Source: Pseudomonadota bacterium
Lineage (GTDB): Bacteria > Pseudomonadota > Gammaproteobacteria > Diplorickettsiales > Diplorickettsiaceae
Length of the DNA: 56,822 bases
Direction: 5' to 3'
Assembly (NCBI GenBank): GCA_040390025.1
Contig: JAZJZD010000001.1
Coordinates: forward strand, 1 to 56,822
The translations under genes and the position numbers were made by a program. The notes below the pieces were generated by a model. It saw only the letters and a program-made list of their open reading frames with translations. It did no database searches and was not told the DNA's origin. Positions 21,368 through 32,593 of the stretch are shown here, piece by piece; within the stretch, counting starts at the first letter, position 1, and each line of letters starts with the position of its first letter.

Positions 21368-21572
21368 TTATAGGGATATACCGCTCGTACCTGAAAATGC
21401 GAATCTTTCAAAATTCACGACGAGCGGTATATCCGATTACATGACGGGCAAAAGCTTAGCTTTCACACCGTCATTCAAGAGGAGAATTGCGATTCTCCTC
21501 TTGAAAATCTCCATCGCGAGATGAACACTTTAAATGCTAAATCACATTTAAAGTGTAATGGGTATATTCTAA
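21368..21572 (+). repeat. ~190-bp palindromic MITE/REP-like element, copy B
   Basis: TACCGCTCGT-N28-ACGACGAGCGGTA hairpin, perfect TCAAGAGGAGAA-TTGCGA-TTCTCCTCTTGA hairpin, then CTCCATCGCGAGATG. Reverse complement aligns base-for-base (with a few indels) with copy A. Confidence 0.75.
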
Positions 21573-21597
21573 TTATAAAGCCTAATAGGGGGATTTT

Positions 21598-22437
21598 TTG
21601 CAAACTTTATTTCAATCTTTGTTACCACAGCATGGTTTATCCCGATTTGCTGGCTGGATTGCCCGCTGTAAACAGCCTTGGATAAAAAATAGACTGATAA
21701 AAAACTTTATAAGGGATTATCAGGTGGATATGAGTTTGGCTGTAAAAGAAAATCCTCATGATTATAGTTGTTTTAATGAATTTTTCACACGCGCTTTAAA
21801 AGCAGAAAAACGTCCTATTGAATCTGATCCTGGCGTGATTGTCTCTCCTGTTGATGGTTCTATTAGTCAATTGGGCGATATAAAGGAAGGTCAGCTTATT
21901 CAGGCGAAGAAGGTAAATTATAGTTTACAAGCTTTATTAGGAGGATCTAATGAGTTGGCAGAACAGTTTCAAAATGGAAAATTTGCTACTTTTTATCTAT
22001 CGCCGCAGGATTATCACCGTGTGCATATGCCTTGTGAAGGAAGTCTAAGAGAAATGATCTATGTGCCGGGCCGATTATTTTCGGTAAACCCACAAACAAC
22101 CGATCAGCTCCCCCAGTTATTTGTCCGCAATGAACGAGTTATTACTTTATTTACAACGCCTGCAGGTTCTATGGCAGTTATTTTAGTTGGCGCTATGCTA
22201 GTGGCTAATATTAGTACAGTATGGGAAGGCGTGGTTGCTCCTGCTACTTTACGACAAATTCGTCGTTGGCATTATTCCGAGAATGCTGTTTTTCTTTCTA
22301 AAGGTAATGAATTGGGTCAGTTTCAATTAGGATCAACCGTTATTATTTTGTTTTCTGCGCATCGTATTCTATGGTCAGATCAACTTAAACCTAACAAGAA
22401 GGTTTGTTTTGGCGAATGCATAGGACAGATAGAATAA
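21598..22437 (+). CDS. psd: phosphatidylserine decarboxylase proenzyme
   Basis: LGST self-cleavage motif (FQLGSTVIILF) and the family pattern. Confidence 0.85.
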   Translation: MQTLFQSLLPQHGLSRFAGWIARCKQPWIKNRLIKNFIRDYQVDMSLAVKENPHDYSCFNEFFTRALKAEKRPIESDPGVIVSPVDGSISQLGDIKEGQLIQAKKVNYSLQALLGGSNELAEQFQNGKFATFYLSPQDYHRVHMPCEGSLREMIYVPGRLFSVNPQTTDQLPQLFVRNERVITLFTTPAGSMAVILVGAMLVANISTVWEGVVAPATLRQIRRWHYSENAVFLSKGNELGQFQLGSTVIILFSAHRILWSDQLKPNKKVCFGECIGQIE

Positions 22438-22479
22438 TAAGGTTATACTAGAGTCTGGTTTAGCACGTAGGCATACTCC

Positions 22480-22974
22480 ATGACAATACAAACAGCAAAA
22501 CTCGTTTCTGCGTCGGCTATTCACGATCATACCTACAAGATATTTCCCAATGATCTCAATTCTACTGAGACCGTCTTTGGTGGTTTAATCATGGCAACAC
22601 TCGATAGAGTGGCTTCGGTTGTTGCAGAACGGCATAGTGGGAAATCTTGCGTTACGGCATCGGTGGATGCTATGCATTTTTTACAACCGGCTAAGCGAGG
22701 AGATATATTGATCTTCCAAGCATCTATTAATCGTAGCTGGCAAACCTCTATGGAAGTAGGCGTTCGGGTTTTGGCAGAAGATTACCGTACAGGTGATCGA
22801 CGGCATATGGTTTCAGCCTATTTTACGTTTGTAGCCACTGATGAAAATGGACGTCCAACGGCTGTTCCTCAAGTTATTGCAAAAACCAAAGATGAAAAAC
22901 GTCGCTATGAAGAAGCAGGTTATAGACGAGAGGGTCGGCGTAAAGAAGCAGAAGTGCGGCGCGCGCGGAAATAA
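22480..22974 (+). CDS. acyl-CoA thioesterase, hotdog fold (YciA-like)
   Basis: Core VFGGLIMATLD...VTASVDAMHF is typical of YciA/Acot-type thioesterases. Basic C-terminal tail. Confidence 0.7.
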   Translation: MTIQTAKLVSASAIHDHTYKIFPNDLNSTETVFGGLIMATLDRVASVVAERHSGKSCVTASVDAMHFLQPAKRGDILIFQASINRSWQTSMEVGVRVLAEDYRTGDRRHMVSAYFTFVATDENGRPTAVPQVIAKTKDEKRRYEEAGYRREGRRKEAEVRRARK

Positions 22975-23059
22975 GTGTTTTTTAATTAATCTCATTTAAA
23001 CTTTACTCATAGAGATTTTAGAGACGCATTGTTAGAAATAAAAGAAATTTGGAGACAAT

Positions 23060-23836
23060 ATGGCGATTCGAGTAGAGCCTATTTTGGCTTTTAAAGATAA
23101 CTACATTTGGTGCCTTATTAATGACGAAACAAACCATTGTATTATTGTTGATCCTGGAGAGGCAAAGCCTGTTTTAGCTTATCTTAAACGCTTCAAGCTT
23201 TCACTTGATGCCATATTGATTACCCACCATCATTGGGATCATACCAATGGTATAAAAGGGATATTAAACACACATTCTGTTCCAGTTTATGGTCCGGCTA
23301 AAGAAAAAATAATGAGCGTAACCCATCCTGTTGATGAGGGAGATAATGTTCAATTAGCAAATTGGCCGATTACTTTTACTGTACTTGACATTCCTGGTCA
23401 TACGCTTGGACATGTTGCTTATTACGCAGATGGTTTACTTTTTTGCGGCGATACCTTATTTTCCGCAGGCTGTGGCCGGTTATTTGAAGGGACTGCGGAG
23501 CAAATGTTAGCGTCTTTAAATAAGCTGTCAAATCTACCGGATGAGACAAAAATTTATTGTGGCCATGAATATACACTTAATAATCTTCAATTTGCTCAAA
23601 CTGTGGAACCAAATAATCTCCAGATTAAAGAACGTTTAGAAAATGTTCGCGAATTACGCCAAAAGAACTTACCAACGCTTCCTGCTGTATTAGCCAACGA
23701 ACGGCTGATTAACCCTTTTTTACGCTGTGATAATGCAGAGATCGCAGTAAAAATAAAAAAACATAGAGGGAAAAGTTTAGATTCCCTTGCCGAAATATTC
23801 GCTTATCTGCGTCAATGGAAAAATAACTATAAATAG
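23060..23836 (+). CDS. gloB: hydroxyacylglutathione hydrolase (glyoxalase II)
   Basis: Metallo-beta-lactamase THHHWDHTNG motif, C-terminal HEYT and the family length (258 aa). Confidence 0.85.
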   Translation: MAIRVEPILAFKDNYIWCLINDETNHCIIVDPGEAKPVLAYLKRFKLSLDAILITHHHWDHTNGIKGILNTHSVPVYGPAKEKIMSVTHPVDEGDNVQLANWPITFTVLDIPGHTLGHVAYYADGLLFCGDTLFSAGCGRLFEGTAEQMLASLNKLSNLPDETKIYCGHEYTLNNLQFAQTVEPNNLQIKERLENVRELRQKNLPTLPAVLANERLINPFLRCDNAEIAVKIKKHRGKSLDSLAEIFAYLRQWKNNYK

Positions 23837-23862
23837 CTTCTCTTTGCAAATTTAAGCATTGA

Positions 23863-24303
23863 CTATTGATTTAATTGTTCCTGAACTTTTTGACGGAATA
23901 CTAGTGGGTTGGGAACTGCTGGAAATAATTCACCTGAACCTCCAACGCCACGGATACAGATAGAGCCGTAATCCAAAAAACGGCCGAATATACTTTGATC
24001 TACTTCTATGCCTTCTATACGCGTTAATAAGTTCTCAAATGAGTAACGACGGATAAAGCCTAATTTAATAACTACTCGCTGATTTGTAATGCCAAACTCC
24101 GAAGTGAAGTAAGCAACTATGGCTGAAAACCAGCTAAGGAGGGCGACGAGTAAAAAAATTCCAGCCATTAAGTGGAGGCCCCAATAAAAAACTAACAATC
24201 CGGCTAATACGGTAAAGAAAGGCTTAAAAAAAATGATCCAATGAGGACGGCACCGGTAAAATACAAATTCATTGCTTGAAAGTGTTTGGTCGATGTAGCT
24301 CAT
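23863..24303 (-). CDS. membrane protein with bacterial PH (bPH_2/YdbS-like) domain
   Basis: Two N-terminal TM helices followed by a small soluble domain. 146 aa. Confidence 0.5.
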   Translation of the reverse strand: MSYIDQTLSSNEFVFYRCRPHWIIFFKPFFTVLAGLLVFYWGLHLMAGIFLLVALLSWFSAIVAYFTSEFGITNQRVVIKLGFIRRYSFENLLTRIEGIEVDQSIFGRFLDYGSICIRGVGGSGELFPAVPNPLVFRQKVQEQLNQ

Positions 24304-24469
24304 GGATAAAACTCTCTTATTATATTGTTTAGCAAAATATAGACAAGGCAGATAACGATTGTCTGCCTTTTCCCGAGAAGCCGCAAGAGGGAAGCTTGGG
24401 AAGTTGGAGAGTCGTATGTTTGCACGAAGCGGTCGCCAAATATAGTTTGCTTTGCTAAGCTAGCCGTCT

Positions 24470-24835
24470 ATGCATTGCCAATTAATACTCAATAACCTTA
24501 GTCTAAACGTTAAGTTAGGCCATCTAGAAGAAGAGCGAACCTTACCGCAACAGGTTTTAATTCAATTAAAACTGCAATTTATAGGAATTCCTTCGGCTTG
24601 TATTACGGATGATTTGCAAGGCACGTTTTGCTATGCGGCGCTTTCTGCTGAGCTGCAAAAGTTTTGCGATGCTCGTTCTTTTAAGCTAATTGAATTTTTA
24701 GGTTATCAACTCTATCAGTTCTTGAAGAAGAAAATAGCAGAAATGACTTCTGAAAAAATTAATGTTTTTTTATGCGTGACTAAAAATCCTCCGCTTAGCA
24801 ACCTTGAGCAGTCTAGTTTCTCAATCAGCGATTAA
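24470..24835 (+). CDS. folB: dihydroneopterin aldolase family protein (FolB/FolX-like)
   Basis: Size (121 aa) and pattern LxxxGxxxEEx...L.F.G.HL.E matching the tunnelling-fold DHNA family. Moderate confidence. Confidence 0.55.
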   Translation: MHCQLILNNLSLNVKLGHLEEERTLPQQVLIQLKLQFIGIPSACITDDLQGTFCYAALSAELQKFCDARSFKLIEFLGYQLYQFLKKKIAEMTSEKINVFLCVTKNPPLSNLEQSSFSISD

Positions 24836-24937
24836 ACTTAGGTTTTGGCATAAAGTAATAGTTTATAACGCTAAATAAAATAGAATGGAGCGTCTGAGGT
24901 ATAATTAAATGCCTAGATTGGATACACTATTATAATT

Positions 24938-27529
24938 ATGAAAAACCCAATGGATTTCTCTCAACATACACCCATGATACGTCAGTATCTCAGTATAAAA
25001 GCAAAATATCCGGATAAGCTTTTATTTTATCGTATGGGGGATTTTTATGAATTATTTTATGAAGATGCAATTAAAGCAGCTAAATTATTAGATATAACTT
25101 TAACAAAGCGTGGACAATCGGGTGGTAATGCCATCCCTATGGCAGGCGTACCCTTCCATAGTGTAGAAAGTTATTTAGCGAAACTTGTTAAGCAGGGTGA
25201 ATCTATTGCAATCTGCGAACAAATTTCGGACCCCGTATCTGGAAAAGGGCCTATGGAAAGGCGAGTAACACGAATTATTACACCGGGTACGCTTAGCGAT
25301 GAAGCATTATTAGAAGCACGGCAAACAAATCTTTTACTTTCGCTTAAAGATAAAGAAGCACAGTTTGGCTTAGCCTATTTAGATATGGGGAGCGGCCGAT
25401 TTCATCTCTTACAAGTCAATGGCGAAGAAGCGATAATCAGTGAGTTAGCAAGACTTAATCCGGTTGAATTATTAATCGATGAAACATTTAGTCGTTTGGC
25501 TTTACTAGCACCGTATAAAAATATACGGCGTAGACCCAGTTGGGAATTTGATTTAACAACGGCTACCCATTACCTTTGCCAACAATTCCAAACTCGTGAT
25601 TTAAGTGGCTTTGGTTGTCAAGATTTACCTTTAGCGATTCAAGCAGCGGGGTGTTTGCTCAATTATGCAAAAGATACCCAGCAAGCGGCTGGATTAGCGC
25701 ATATTCAACCTTTACATGTAGAACGACGAGAAGATAGCCTTATCTTAGATGCAACAACACGGCGCAATTTAGAGTTAACGGTTAATCTACAAGGAGGAAA
25801 AAATAATACACTTCTATCCGCTATTGACGAGACCGCGACAGCTATGGGAAGCCGTTTGTTATATCGATGGATACAGCGACCTTTAAGACAGGTTCCATTA
25901 ATTCAAGAACGTCAACAAGCTATTCAACACTTACTAAAGACGCAAGCTTATCCAAGTTTACATAGTGTATTACAGATTATCGGGGATATTGAGCGTATCA
26001 TTACCCGCATTGGCTTAAAATCCGCGAGGCCGCGTGATTTGGTGCAATTGCGTTTAGCTTTAGCAAGTTTACCGGATATTCATAATAAGCTTACTTGCTT
26101 ATACTCTAATGAAGAAAGTAAGACGGATGCTTTACTCATTCGATTAACCCGGGATATCAAAACCTTCCCGAAATTATTTTCTTTATTAAAACAAGCGATT
26201 GTTGAAAATCCTCCGGTTGTTACTCGTGAAGGCGGTGTCATTGCAAAAGGCTATAACGATGAATTAGATGAGTTACAGCAATTGAGTGAGAATGCTGGAC
26301 AATATCTGGTCGACTTAGAAAAACGTGAACGAGAACAGTCGGGGATTAGTACACTTAAGGTTGGCTTTAATCGTGTTCATGGTTACCATATTGAAATAAG
26401 TAAAGGCCAGGCAAAAAATGTGCCACAGCATTATATTCGCCGACAGACTTTGACAAATGCAGAGCGTTTTATCACGCCTGAATTAAAAAAATTTGAAGAT
26501 AAAGCATTGAGCGCGCGTTCCAAAGCATTAAGTCTAGAAAGAAAACTCTATGATGAACTCCTAGATGAATTATTTATATATCTCCATGATTTACAAAGAA
26601 CTACCAACGCATTGGCTCAGTTAGATGTCCTTGTGTGTTTATCGGAGCGCGCAGTGTCGCTTAAACTGGTGTGCCCACAACTAATAAATGACACCGGTAT
26701 CCATATTAAAGGTGGGCGCCATCTGGTTATTGAGCAAGCGATTGATACGCCTTTTGTTGCGAATGATAGCGAATTAATACCAGAAAGAAGTTTATTAGTT
26801 ATTACTGGCCCTAATATGGGTGGTAAATCAACTTACATGCGACAAACGGCCTTAATATGTTTACTTGCCATGACAGGAAGTTTTGTACCCGCCGAAAGTG
26901 TCACTATAGGTGCTATTGATCGTATATTTACTCGAATCGGTGCGTCGGACGATTTGGCAGGTGGGCGTTCAACCTTTATGGTGGAAATGACGGAAACGGC
27001 TTCTATTTTACATAATGCCACTGCACAAAGCTTGGTTATTATGGATGAAATTGGTCGCGGTACAAGTACCTTCGATGGGTTGGCTTTAGCTTTTGCGTGT
27101 GCGGAATATTTGGCAAAAGAAATCAAATGCTATACTTTATTTGCTACGCATTATTTTGAGTTAACAGAGCTTGCTGAAATAATACCAGGAATAGCTAATT
27201 GCCATTTAAAAGCTATCGAACATGAAGATAAAATAGTGTTTTTATATACCGTGAACGAAGGTCCTGCGGATCAAAGCTATGGCTTACACGTGGCACAACT
27301 TGCGGGGGTTCCTAAGACAGTTATTGTGCGAGCTAAAGAGAAGCTAGCAACACTAGAACAAGAGGCCAATTTACCTAATAAAATAGTGCCTTATCCATTA
27401 GCTGCTGAAAAGTCAGTCCCACTTCCAATTATGGAACTGTTGGAGCGTACTGAACCTGATCATTTAGCACCCAAGGAAGCACTTGAGATACTTTATCGAT
27501 TAAAATCCTTGCAAGGAATTAATGTATGA
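24938..27529 (+). CDS. mutS: DNA mismatch repair protein MutS
   Basis: N-terminal mismatch-binding TPMIRQY...GDFYELF and Walker [10 protein letters not shown]. 863 aa. Confidence 0.95.
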   Translation: MKNPMDFSQHTPMIRQYLSIKAKYPDKLLFYRMGDFYELFYEDAIKAAKLLDITLTKRGQSGGNAIPMAGVPFHSVESYLAKLVKQGESIAICEQISDPVSGKGPMERRVTRIITPGTLSDEALLEARQTNLLLSLKDKEAQFGLAYLDMGSGRFHLLQVNGEEAIISELARLNPVELLIDETFSRLALLAPYKNIRRRPSWEFDLTTATHYLCQQFQTRDLSGFGCQDLPLAIQAAGCLLNYAKDTQQAAGLAHIQPLHVERREDSLILDATTRRNLELTVNLQGGKNNTLLSAIDETATAMGSRLLYRWIQRPLRQVPLIQERQQAIQHLLKTQAYPSLHSVLQIIGDIERIITRIGLKSARPRDLVQLRLALASLPDIHNKLTCLYSNEESKTDALLIRLTRDIKTFPKLFSLLKQAIVENPPVVTREGGVIAKGYNDELDELQQLSENAGQYLVDLEKREREQSGISTLKVGFNRVHGYHIEISKGQAKNVPQHYIRRQTLTNAERFITPELKKFEDKALSARSKALSLERKLYDELLDELFIYLHDLQRTTNALAQLDVLVCLSERAVSLKLVCPQLINDTGIHIKGGRHLVIEQAIDTPFVANDSELIPERSLLVITGPNMGGKSTYMRQTALICLLAMTGSFVPAESVTIGAIDRIFTRIGASDDLAGGRSTFMVEMTETASILHNATAQSLVIMDEIGRGTSTFDGLALAFACAEYLAKEIKCYTLFATHYFELTELAEIIPGIANCHLKAIEHEDKIVFLYTVNEGPADQSYGLHVAQLAGVPKTVIVRAKEKLATLEQEANLPNKIVPYPLAAEKSVPLPIMELLERTEPDHLAPKEALEILYRLKSLQGINV

Positions 27530-28389
27530 AAAAAAAAGTTTTTTATCTTAATGACGAAACATTTTTGTCTGAACAAAGAGAACAAATGACAGGCTATTCT
27601 TCACAATCTAACGAAAATATAAAAAGTACTGAACCAGAAGAAGGTGACAGGCAGGCTATTTATCGTCGGCGCGGTATTTACTTACTGCCTAATCTATTTA
27701 CGATTGCCGGATTGTTTGCCGGTTTTTATGCCATTGTAACGGCTATGGAGGGTTATTTTAGTAATGCAGCGATTGCTATTTTCGTTGCTATGATTATGGA
27801 TTTTTTTGATGGACGCGTTGCACGTTTAACAAATACACAAAGCGCTTTTGGTGCAGAATTAGATAGTTTATCCGATATGGTGTCTTTTGGTGTTGCCCCG
27901 GCATTGGTGGTTTATAGTTGGTCCTTAGAAAGTTTAGGGAAATTAGGGTGGCTGGCAGCATTTATATTTGCTGCAGCGGGTGCACTACGCCTTGCTCGTT
28001 TTAACACCCAAGCACAAATGACAGACAAACGTTACTTTCAGGGTCTTCCTATCCCCGCAGCGGCTGGTATTTTAGCTAGCATGGTCTGGTTAAGCGTTGA
28101 TTCTGAAATTCCAGGGAATGTAGTGGATATGACCGCGGCTGTTTTAGCCATTTTAACCGCGATTTTAATGGTTAGTAATATCCGTTATTATTCTTTTAAA
28201 GAGATCGATTTGAAAGGTCGCGTTCCTTTTGTGGCAATTTTATTGGTAGTACTGGCTTTTGTTGGCATCTCCTTAGATCCGCCTAAAATACTTTTTTTAC
28301 TCTTTTTTTGCTATGGGCTTTCTGGCCCGAGTTTAACACTCCTCGCATTACATAAAAAACGTGCTTTACGTAAAAAAAACCACCGTTAA
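27526..28389 (+). CDS. pssA: CDP-diacylglycerol--serine O-phosphatidyltransferase (CDP-alcohol phosphatidyltransferase family)
   Basis: Motif [26 protein letters not shown] (D-G-x2-A-R...G-x3-D-x3-D). Multiple TM helices. ATGA overlap with the mutS stop. Confidence 0.8.
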   Translation: MKKKVFYLNDETFLSEQREQMTGYSSQSNENIKSTEPEEGDRQAIYRRRGIYLLPNLFTIAGLFAGFYAIVTAMEGYFSNAAIAIFVAMIMDFFDGRVARLTNTQSAFGAELDSLSDMVSFGVAPALVVYSWSLESLGKLGWLAAFIFAAAGALRLARFNTQAQMTDKRYFQGLPIPAAAGILASMVWLSVDSEIPGNVVDMTAAVLAILTAILMVSNIRYYSFKEIDLKGRVPFVAILLVVLAFVGISLDPPKILFLLFFCYGLSGPSLTLLALHKKRALRKKNHR

Positions 28390-28435
28390 GCTAGCTCGCC
28401 TCCGTCGTACCGACGAGCTAGTATCCAGATTTTTG
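28390..28435. terminator. putative bidirectional stem-loop between convergent pssA and trpS
   Basis: GCTAGCTCG-CCTCCGTCGTACCGA-CGAGCTAG inverted repeat followed by TATCCAGATTTTT. Confidence 0.45.
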
Positions 28436-28459
28436 AAGAATGTTTTATATGTTTAAAAA

Positions 28460-29569
28460 CTAAGAAATTATAGATGCTAATTTAAGTTGTCGGTCGAAGT
28501 AATCTTGTTTCATTGCTTTTTTAGCTTTGATTAGTGTCTCTTCTGCGACCTGATTAGCGCGTTCTGTGCCGCGCTTTAAAATATTTAATATCTCTTCGGG
28601 ATCGTTTTCATAAGTTTTTCGCCGTTCACGCATGGGGCGGGTTAATTCCACCAGTACCTCAACAAGTTTACGTTTACAATCAACATCTTTAATTTGGCCT
28701 TTACGATATTGTTCTTCAGCTTCTGCAACCCAGGCTTTATCAGGATTAAAGACCTCATGAAAAATCCATAAAGGGTTATTTTCCGTAGAGCCGGGATCAG
28801 AGGCACGTAATCGTTTTGGGTCGGTATACATCCCCATTACTTTTTTAGATATCGTATCTGCATCATCGCTCAAATAAATGGAATTATTGAGTGATTTACT
28901 CATTTTCGGGAGTACACCATCGGCATTAGGTCCGCCGGTACCGACTAAGCGTTTTACACGGCTTAGTTTGGCTTGGATGATAGGAAATAGTCCCCCTTTT
29001 GTAACATAATCTTTATCTTCAGTTTGTGGATCGACAGCACAATAAACTTGATTAAATTTGCGCGCACATTCACGGGCCATTTCTAAATGAGCGACTTGAT
29101 CTTCGCCGACAGGAACGATTTCTGGGCGAAAAGCAAGGATATCAGCGATTTGGCCTACAGGATATAACAAAAAGCCAAAAGGATAATTATCGCCTAGATT
29201 TTTATTACGTATCTCTTCCTTTATTGTTGGGTTTCTCATAACACGCGGAAATGAAAGTAACATACTGAAAAACCAGCTGAGTTCCGCAATAGCAGGCACT
29301 TCCGATTGAATAAAAATAGTACTTTTTGAAGGGTCCATGCCTACAGAAAGATAATCTAGAGCGATGTCTAAAGTATTCTGGCGTATTTCTTCTGGATGTT
29401 CAGCACGGGTCGTAAATGCATGCACATTAGCAAGAATAAAGTAACATTCATAAGTTTCTTGTAATGCAACACGTGTTTCCAATGAGCCTGCCCAATGTCC
29501 GAGATGAAGCTTGCCAGTAGGCGTATCGCCAGAGAGTAGACGGGGTTTAATTTTAGGTTCTTTAGCCAT
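28460..29569 (-). CDS. trpS: tryptophanyl-tRNA synthetase (class I)
   Basis: HLGH (TGKLHLGHW) and KMSKS motifs. 369 aa. A distinct tyrS is present elsewhere in the window. Confidence 0.7.
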   Translation of the reverse strand: MAKEPKIKPRLLSGDTPTGKLHLGHWAGSLETRVALQETYECYFILANVHAFTTRAEHPEEIRQNTLDIALDYLSVGMDPSKSTIFIQSEVPAIAELSWFFSMLLSFPRVMRNPTIKEEIRNKNLGDNYPFGFLLYPVGQIADILAFRPEIVPVGEDQVAHLEMARECARKFNQVYCAVDPQTEDKDYVTKGGLFPIIQAKLSRVKRLVGTGGPNADGVLPKMSKSLNNSIYLSDDADTISKKVMGMYTDPKRLRASDPGSTENNPLWIFHEVFNPDKAWVAEAEEQYRKGQIKDVDCKRKLVEVLVELTRPMRERRKTYENDPEEILNILKRGTERANQVAEETLIKAKKAMKQDYFDRQLKLASIIS

Positions 29570-29890
29570 GATTTTGCATTATTGAGCTTCTAATGGACTA
29601 TTCTCGCGGCTTCCTTAAGCTAATTCAAGTTTTTTATCCTTATTTTTATTATAAGTGTAGGGTCTTCTCTACTGTTGGTCTACGCTATGAAGCGTATTTT
29701 TACAGAATATGTACTTTTTTCATACGGTATTCGGTCGTTAATTAATTCTTTCGCAGTATTTGTTATTAAATTAATTTAACACGCTAAAATTTATTTTTTT
29801 TCTATATTTTAATCTAAAAAAACATAGAAAAAACTTAAAAGTTAATTTAACATATAGGGGTAAGTAATTTTAAATTTTTGGAATGACAAC

Positions 29891-30943
29891 ATGGCTGTAG
29901 CAAATGGTTTCTTTCAATCTAAAGTAAAACAATCTTTTGATTTTTTAGCGGCTGTTAAGTCAACAGAGGGACAATTCGAATGTGATTTTCATAGAACCTC
30001 AGAAGTTAAGCTTTTGGTTAACCAAAAAAATAAACTACATTATATAAAAAGTGATTTTTATGATAGTGAGAATTTCAATTACGAAGCTGAAAAAGTAAAA
30101 AATAAATTTGTAAAAGAATTAAGAAATATAAATCCTGAATTAGAGATTGCAGTAAAAAAAATGATGCAGCAATCAGGACCTTTTTATTCAGGTAGAAATG
30201 CGTTGGAAAACATTATTTTTCCTCGCGTAGGTATGAGAGGTGCAGAGTGCACACATAAGTTTATCGTTGAAGTTAGTGCGAATAATGTGGTGATTGTAAG
30301 AGAAATCAGCACGTACAATAGTTTACACCTAAATTTATCTGGGTTTGCAAAAAATATCTCTTGCTCTGCAGAGGGCATAGAAGGTGGTGAATTTACTAAG
30401 ATGCAAAAACAAGCGCTAGATGCCTATAGAGAGCTTAATATCGGTATGTATTTGCCTAAACCGCCTGAAACTAGCTTACAAGAGCAAACGCAAGAGCATG
30501 GAAATTATTTGTTAGCAAATGATAGTCAAGCTTTTGGAGATGCGGGCTTAGTTGAGCTAGATCAAGTTAATATTGACAAAGACTACAATTTTGGACACTT
30601 ATTATTAAGTGAACCACTTTCTTTGACGGTTGAGTATAAGCTTTATTACGATTTGGAAGAGAAAAAATTTAAAGTAATTAAGCCTACAGAAGCTGATATT
30701 GATGTTAACTTTCCTGCTACAATAGTGGAAAAGTTAATTTCTATGAATTTTAATGGAAGAATTAATAATGGGTTTAGAGCTATAACTTTTTCAACCAAAG
30801 TTCAGGAGAAGCTAGCAAAGGTAATTGCTAAATTTGTAGAAGCTGTGAAAAAAGCCTTTATAGTGACTATGGATAAATTTTTTAGCGGCGAAGAGTCGGC
30901 AAATAATTCTTTTGGCCCCTATAGCAATCGACCGCGAATTTAA
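29891..30943 (+). CDS. hypothetical protein, 350 aa, AT-rich orphan
   Basis: Long ORF with no recognisable motifs. Preceded by a 320-bp AT-rich divergent intergenic region. The C-terminus is polar/acidic (GEESANNSFGPYSNRPRI). Confidence 0.55.
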   Translation: MAVANGFFQSKVKQSFDFLAAVKSTEGQFECDFHRTSEVKLLVNQKNKLHYIKSDFYDSENFNYEAEKVKNKFVKELRNINPELEIAVKKMMQQSGPFYSGRNALENIIFPRVGMRGAECTHKFIVEVSANNVVIVREISTYNSLHLNLSGFAKNISCSAEGIEGGEFTKMQKQALDAYRELNIGMYLPKPPETSLQEQTQEHGNYLLANDSQAFGDAGLVELDQVNIDKDYNFGHLLLSEPLSLTVEYKLYYDLEEKKFKVIKPTEADIDVNFPATIVEKLISMNFNGRINNGFRAITFSTKVQEKLAKVIAKFVEAVKKAFIVTMDKFFSGEESANNSFGPYSNRPRI

Positions 30944-31018
30944 AAAATTTTTAAGTTATCAACCCCGTTTTATCTGTGCTAACATATGCCCATTCTGCTT
31001 AGCTATGGGGTGTAGTCT

Positions 31019-32593
31019 ATGTCATCCGTCCAGTGTTCAATGCTTTCAGCATCTAAAGAATTTATTGATCTTTCTGCAGAAGCGCTCATTGTAGCAGCTG
31101 TAGAGCGTAAGGAAGGAGTAATTGCAAGTAATGGTGCTTTATCCGTAGTGACAGGTAAGCGGACAGGTCGTTCACCCAAAGATAAGTTCATTGTTAAGGA
31201 GCCCAATACCGAAAAAGATATTGATTGGGGTCCAATTAATCAGCCTATATCAGAAGAAAACTTTCATGCATTGTGGAAGCGGGCAGAATTATACGCAAAG
31301 GGAGTTGATTTGTTCATTTCCAATTTGCAGGTAGGTGCGGATCCACACTATTATTTACCAGTAAAGATTATCACAGAATATGCTTGGCATAATTTATTTG
31401 CTAGGCAACTGTTTATTCGGCCTAAAGATTTTCATGGAAAGGGAGGCGGTAAATCTGAATGGACTATCCTAGGTCTCCCAGGCCTTAAAACCGATTCGCA
31501 ACGCGATAGCGTCCACAGTGATGCGACTTTAATTGTACATCTTACAGAGCGTAAGGTTTTATTGTGCGGACATCGTTACGCTGGCGAAATTAAAAAAGCC
31601 ATGTTTTCTGTTATGAATTATTTATTACCTGCTGAAGATGTTTTGCCGATGCATTGCTCTGCGAATGTAGGTAAAAAGGGTGATGTAGCATTATTTTTTG
31701 GTTTATCAGGAACGGGTAAAACAACCCTATCAGCCGATCCGGAACGTTATTTGATTGGTGATGATGAGCATGGCTGGAGCGAAAACAGCGTTTTTAATTT
31801 CGAAGGCGGCTGTTATGCAAAATGTATCGATTTATCGCAAGAACGCGAACCTGTGATTTGGAACGCTATCCAGCATGGTGCCGTGATGGAAAATGTTATG
31901 TTAAACCACCAAACTTTAGAACCTGATTATAAAGATGCAAGCTTAACTCAAAATACGCGGGTGGCTTACCCGTTAGATTTTATTTCTCTTCGCGTACTAG
32001 AAAATCGTGTTGATCGTTTACCTAATGCTGTTATTTTTTTAAGCTGTGATTTGTATGGCGTATTACCGCCTGTAGCACGTTTAAATCACGAACAAGCGGC
32101 CTATTATTTTTTAAGTGGATATACGGCGTTGGTAGGTAGTACCGAAGTTGACCAGACCGAACCGATTAAAACGACATTTAGTACATGTTTTGGCGCTCCA
32201 TTTTTTCCACGTCCGGCAAAAGTTTATGCTGAGTTACTCATAAAGCGGTTAAAAAATAGTGACGCAACAGTTTATCTTGTGAATACGGGATGGACAGGTG
32301 GTGCCTATGGCCAAGGACAGCGTTTTCCTATTCCTGCCACGCGCGCGGTCATTCATGGTATTTTAAATAATGGATTAAAATTAGCTGAATATACGACACT
32401 ACCCGGTTTTAATTTTGCTATTCCTAAGCAGCTTGAAGGTATTGATTCTCGTTTATTAAACCCAAAGCAAACATGGAATGATCCGGCTGAATATGACAAA
32501 CAAGCCAAAGAGTTAATTAGCAAATTTATTGATAATTTTAAGAAGTTTGAAGTAAGCGAGAATATTCGCAATGCAGGACCTAGTTTAACCTGA
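31019..32593 (+). CDS. pckA: phosphoenolpyruvate carboxykinase (ATP)
   Basis: Kinase-1a [11 protein letters not shown] and PEPCK-ATP signature LIGDDEHGW. 524 aa. Confidence 0.95.
   Translation: MSSVQCSMLSASKEFIDLSAEALIVAAVERKEGVIASNGALSVVTGKRTGRSPKDKFIVKEPNTEKDIDWGPINQPISEENFHALWKRAELYAKGVDLFISNLQVGADPHYYLPVKIITEYAWHNLFARQLFIRPKDFHGKGGGKSEWTILGLPGLKTDSQRDSVHSDATLIVHLTERKVLLCGHRYAGEIKKAMFSVMNYLLPAEDVLPMHCSANVGKKGDVALFFGLSGTGKTTLSADPERYLIGDDEHGWSENSVFNFEGGCYAKCIDLSQEREPVIWNAIQHGAVMENVMLNHQTLEPDYKDASLTQNTRVAYPLDFISLRVLENRVDRLPNAVIFLSCDLYGVLPPVARLNHEQAAYYFLSGYTALVGSTEVDQTEPIKTTFSTCFGAPFFPRPAKVYAELLIKRLKNSDATVYLVNTGWTGGAYGQGQRFPIPATRAVIHGILNNGLKLAEYTTLPGFNFAIPKQLEGIDSRLLNPKQTWNDPAEYDKQAKELISKFIDNFKKFEVSENIRNAGPSLT

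Noticed and set aside
24343-24375. Hairpin AAGGCAGATAACGATTGTCTGCCTT followed by TTTCCC upstream of folB
   Set aside because: The T-tract is on the + strand, where no gene ends. On the minus strand it lies upstream of the gene start, so it is not a terminator. It may be a minor operator but there is no supporting evidence.
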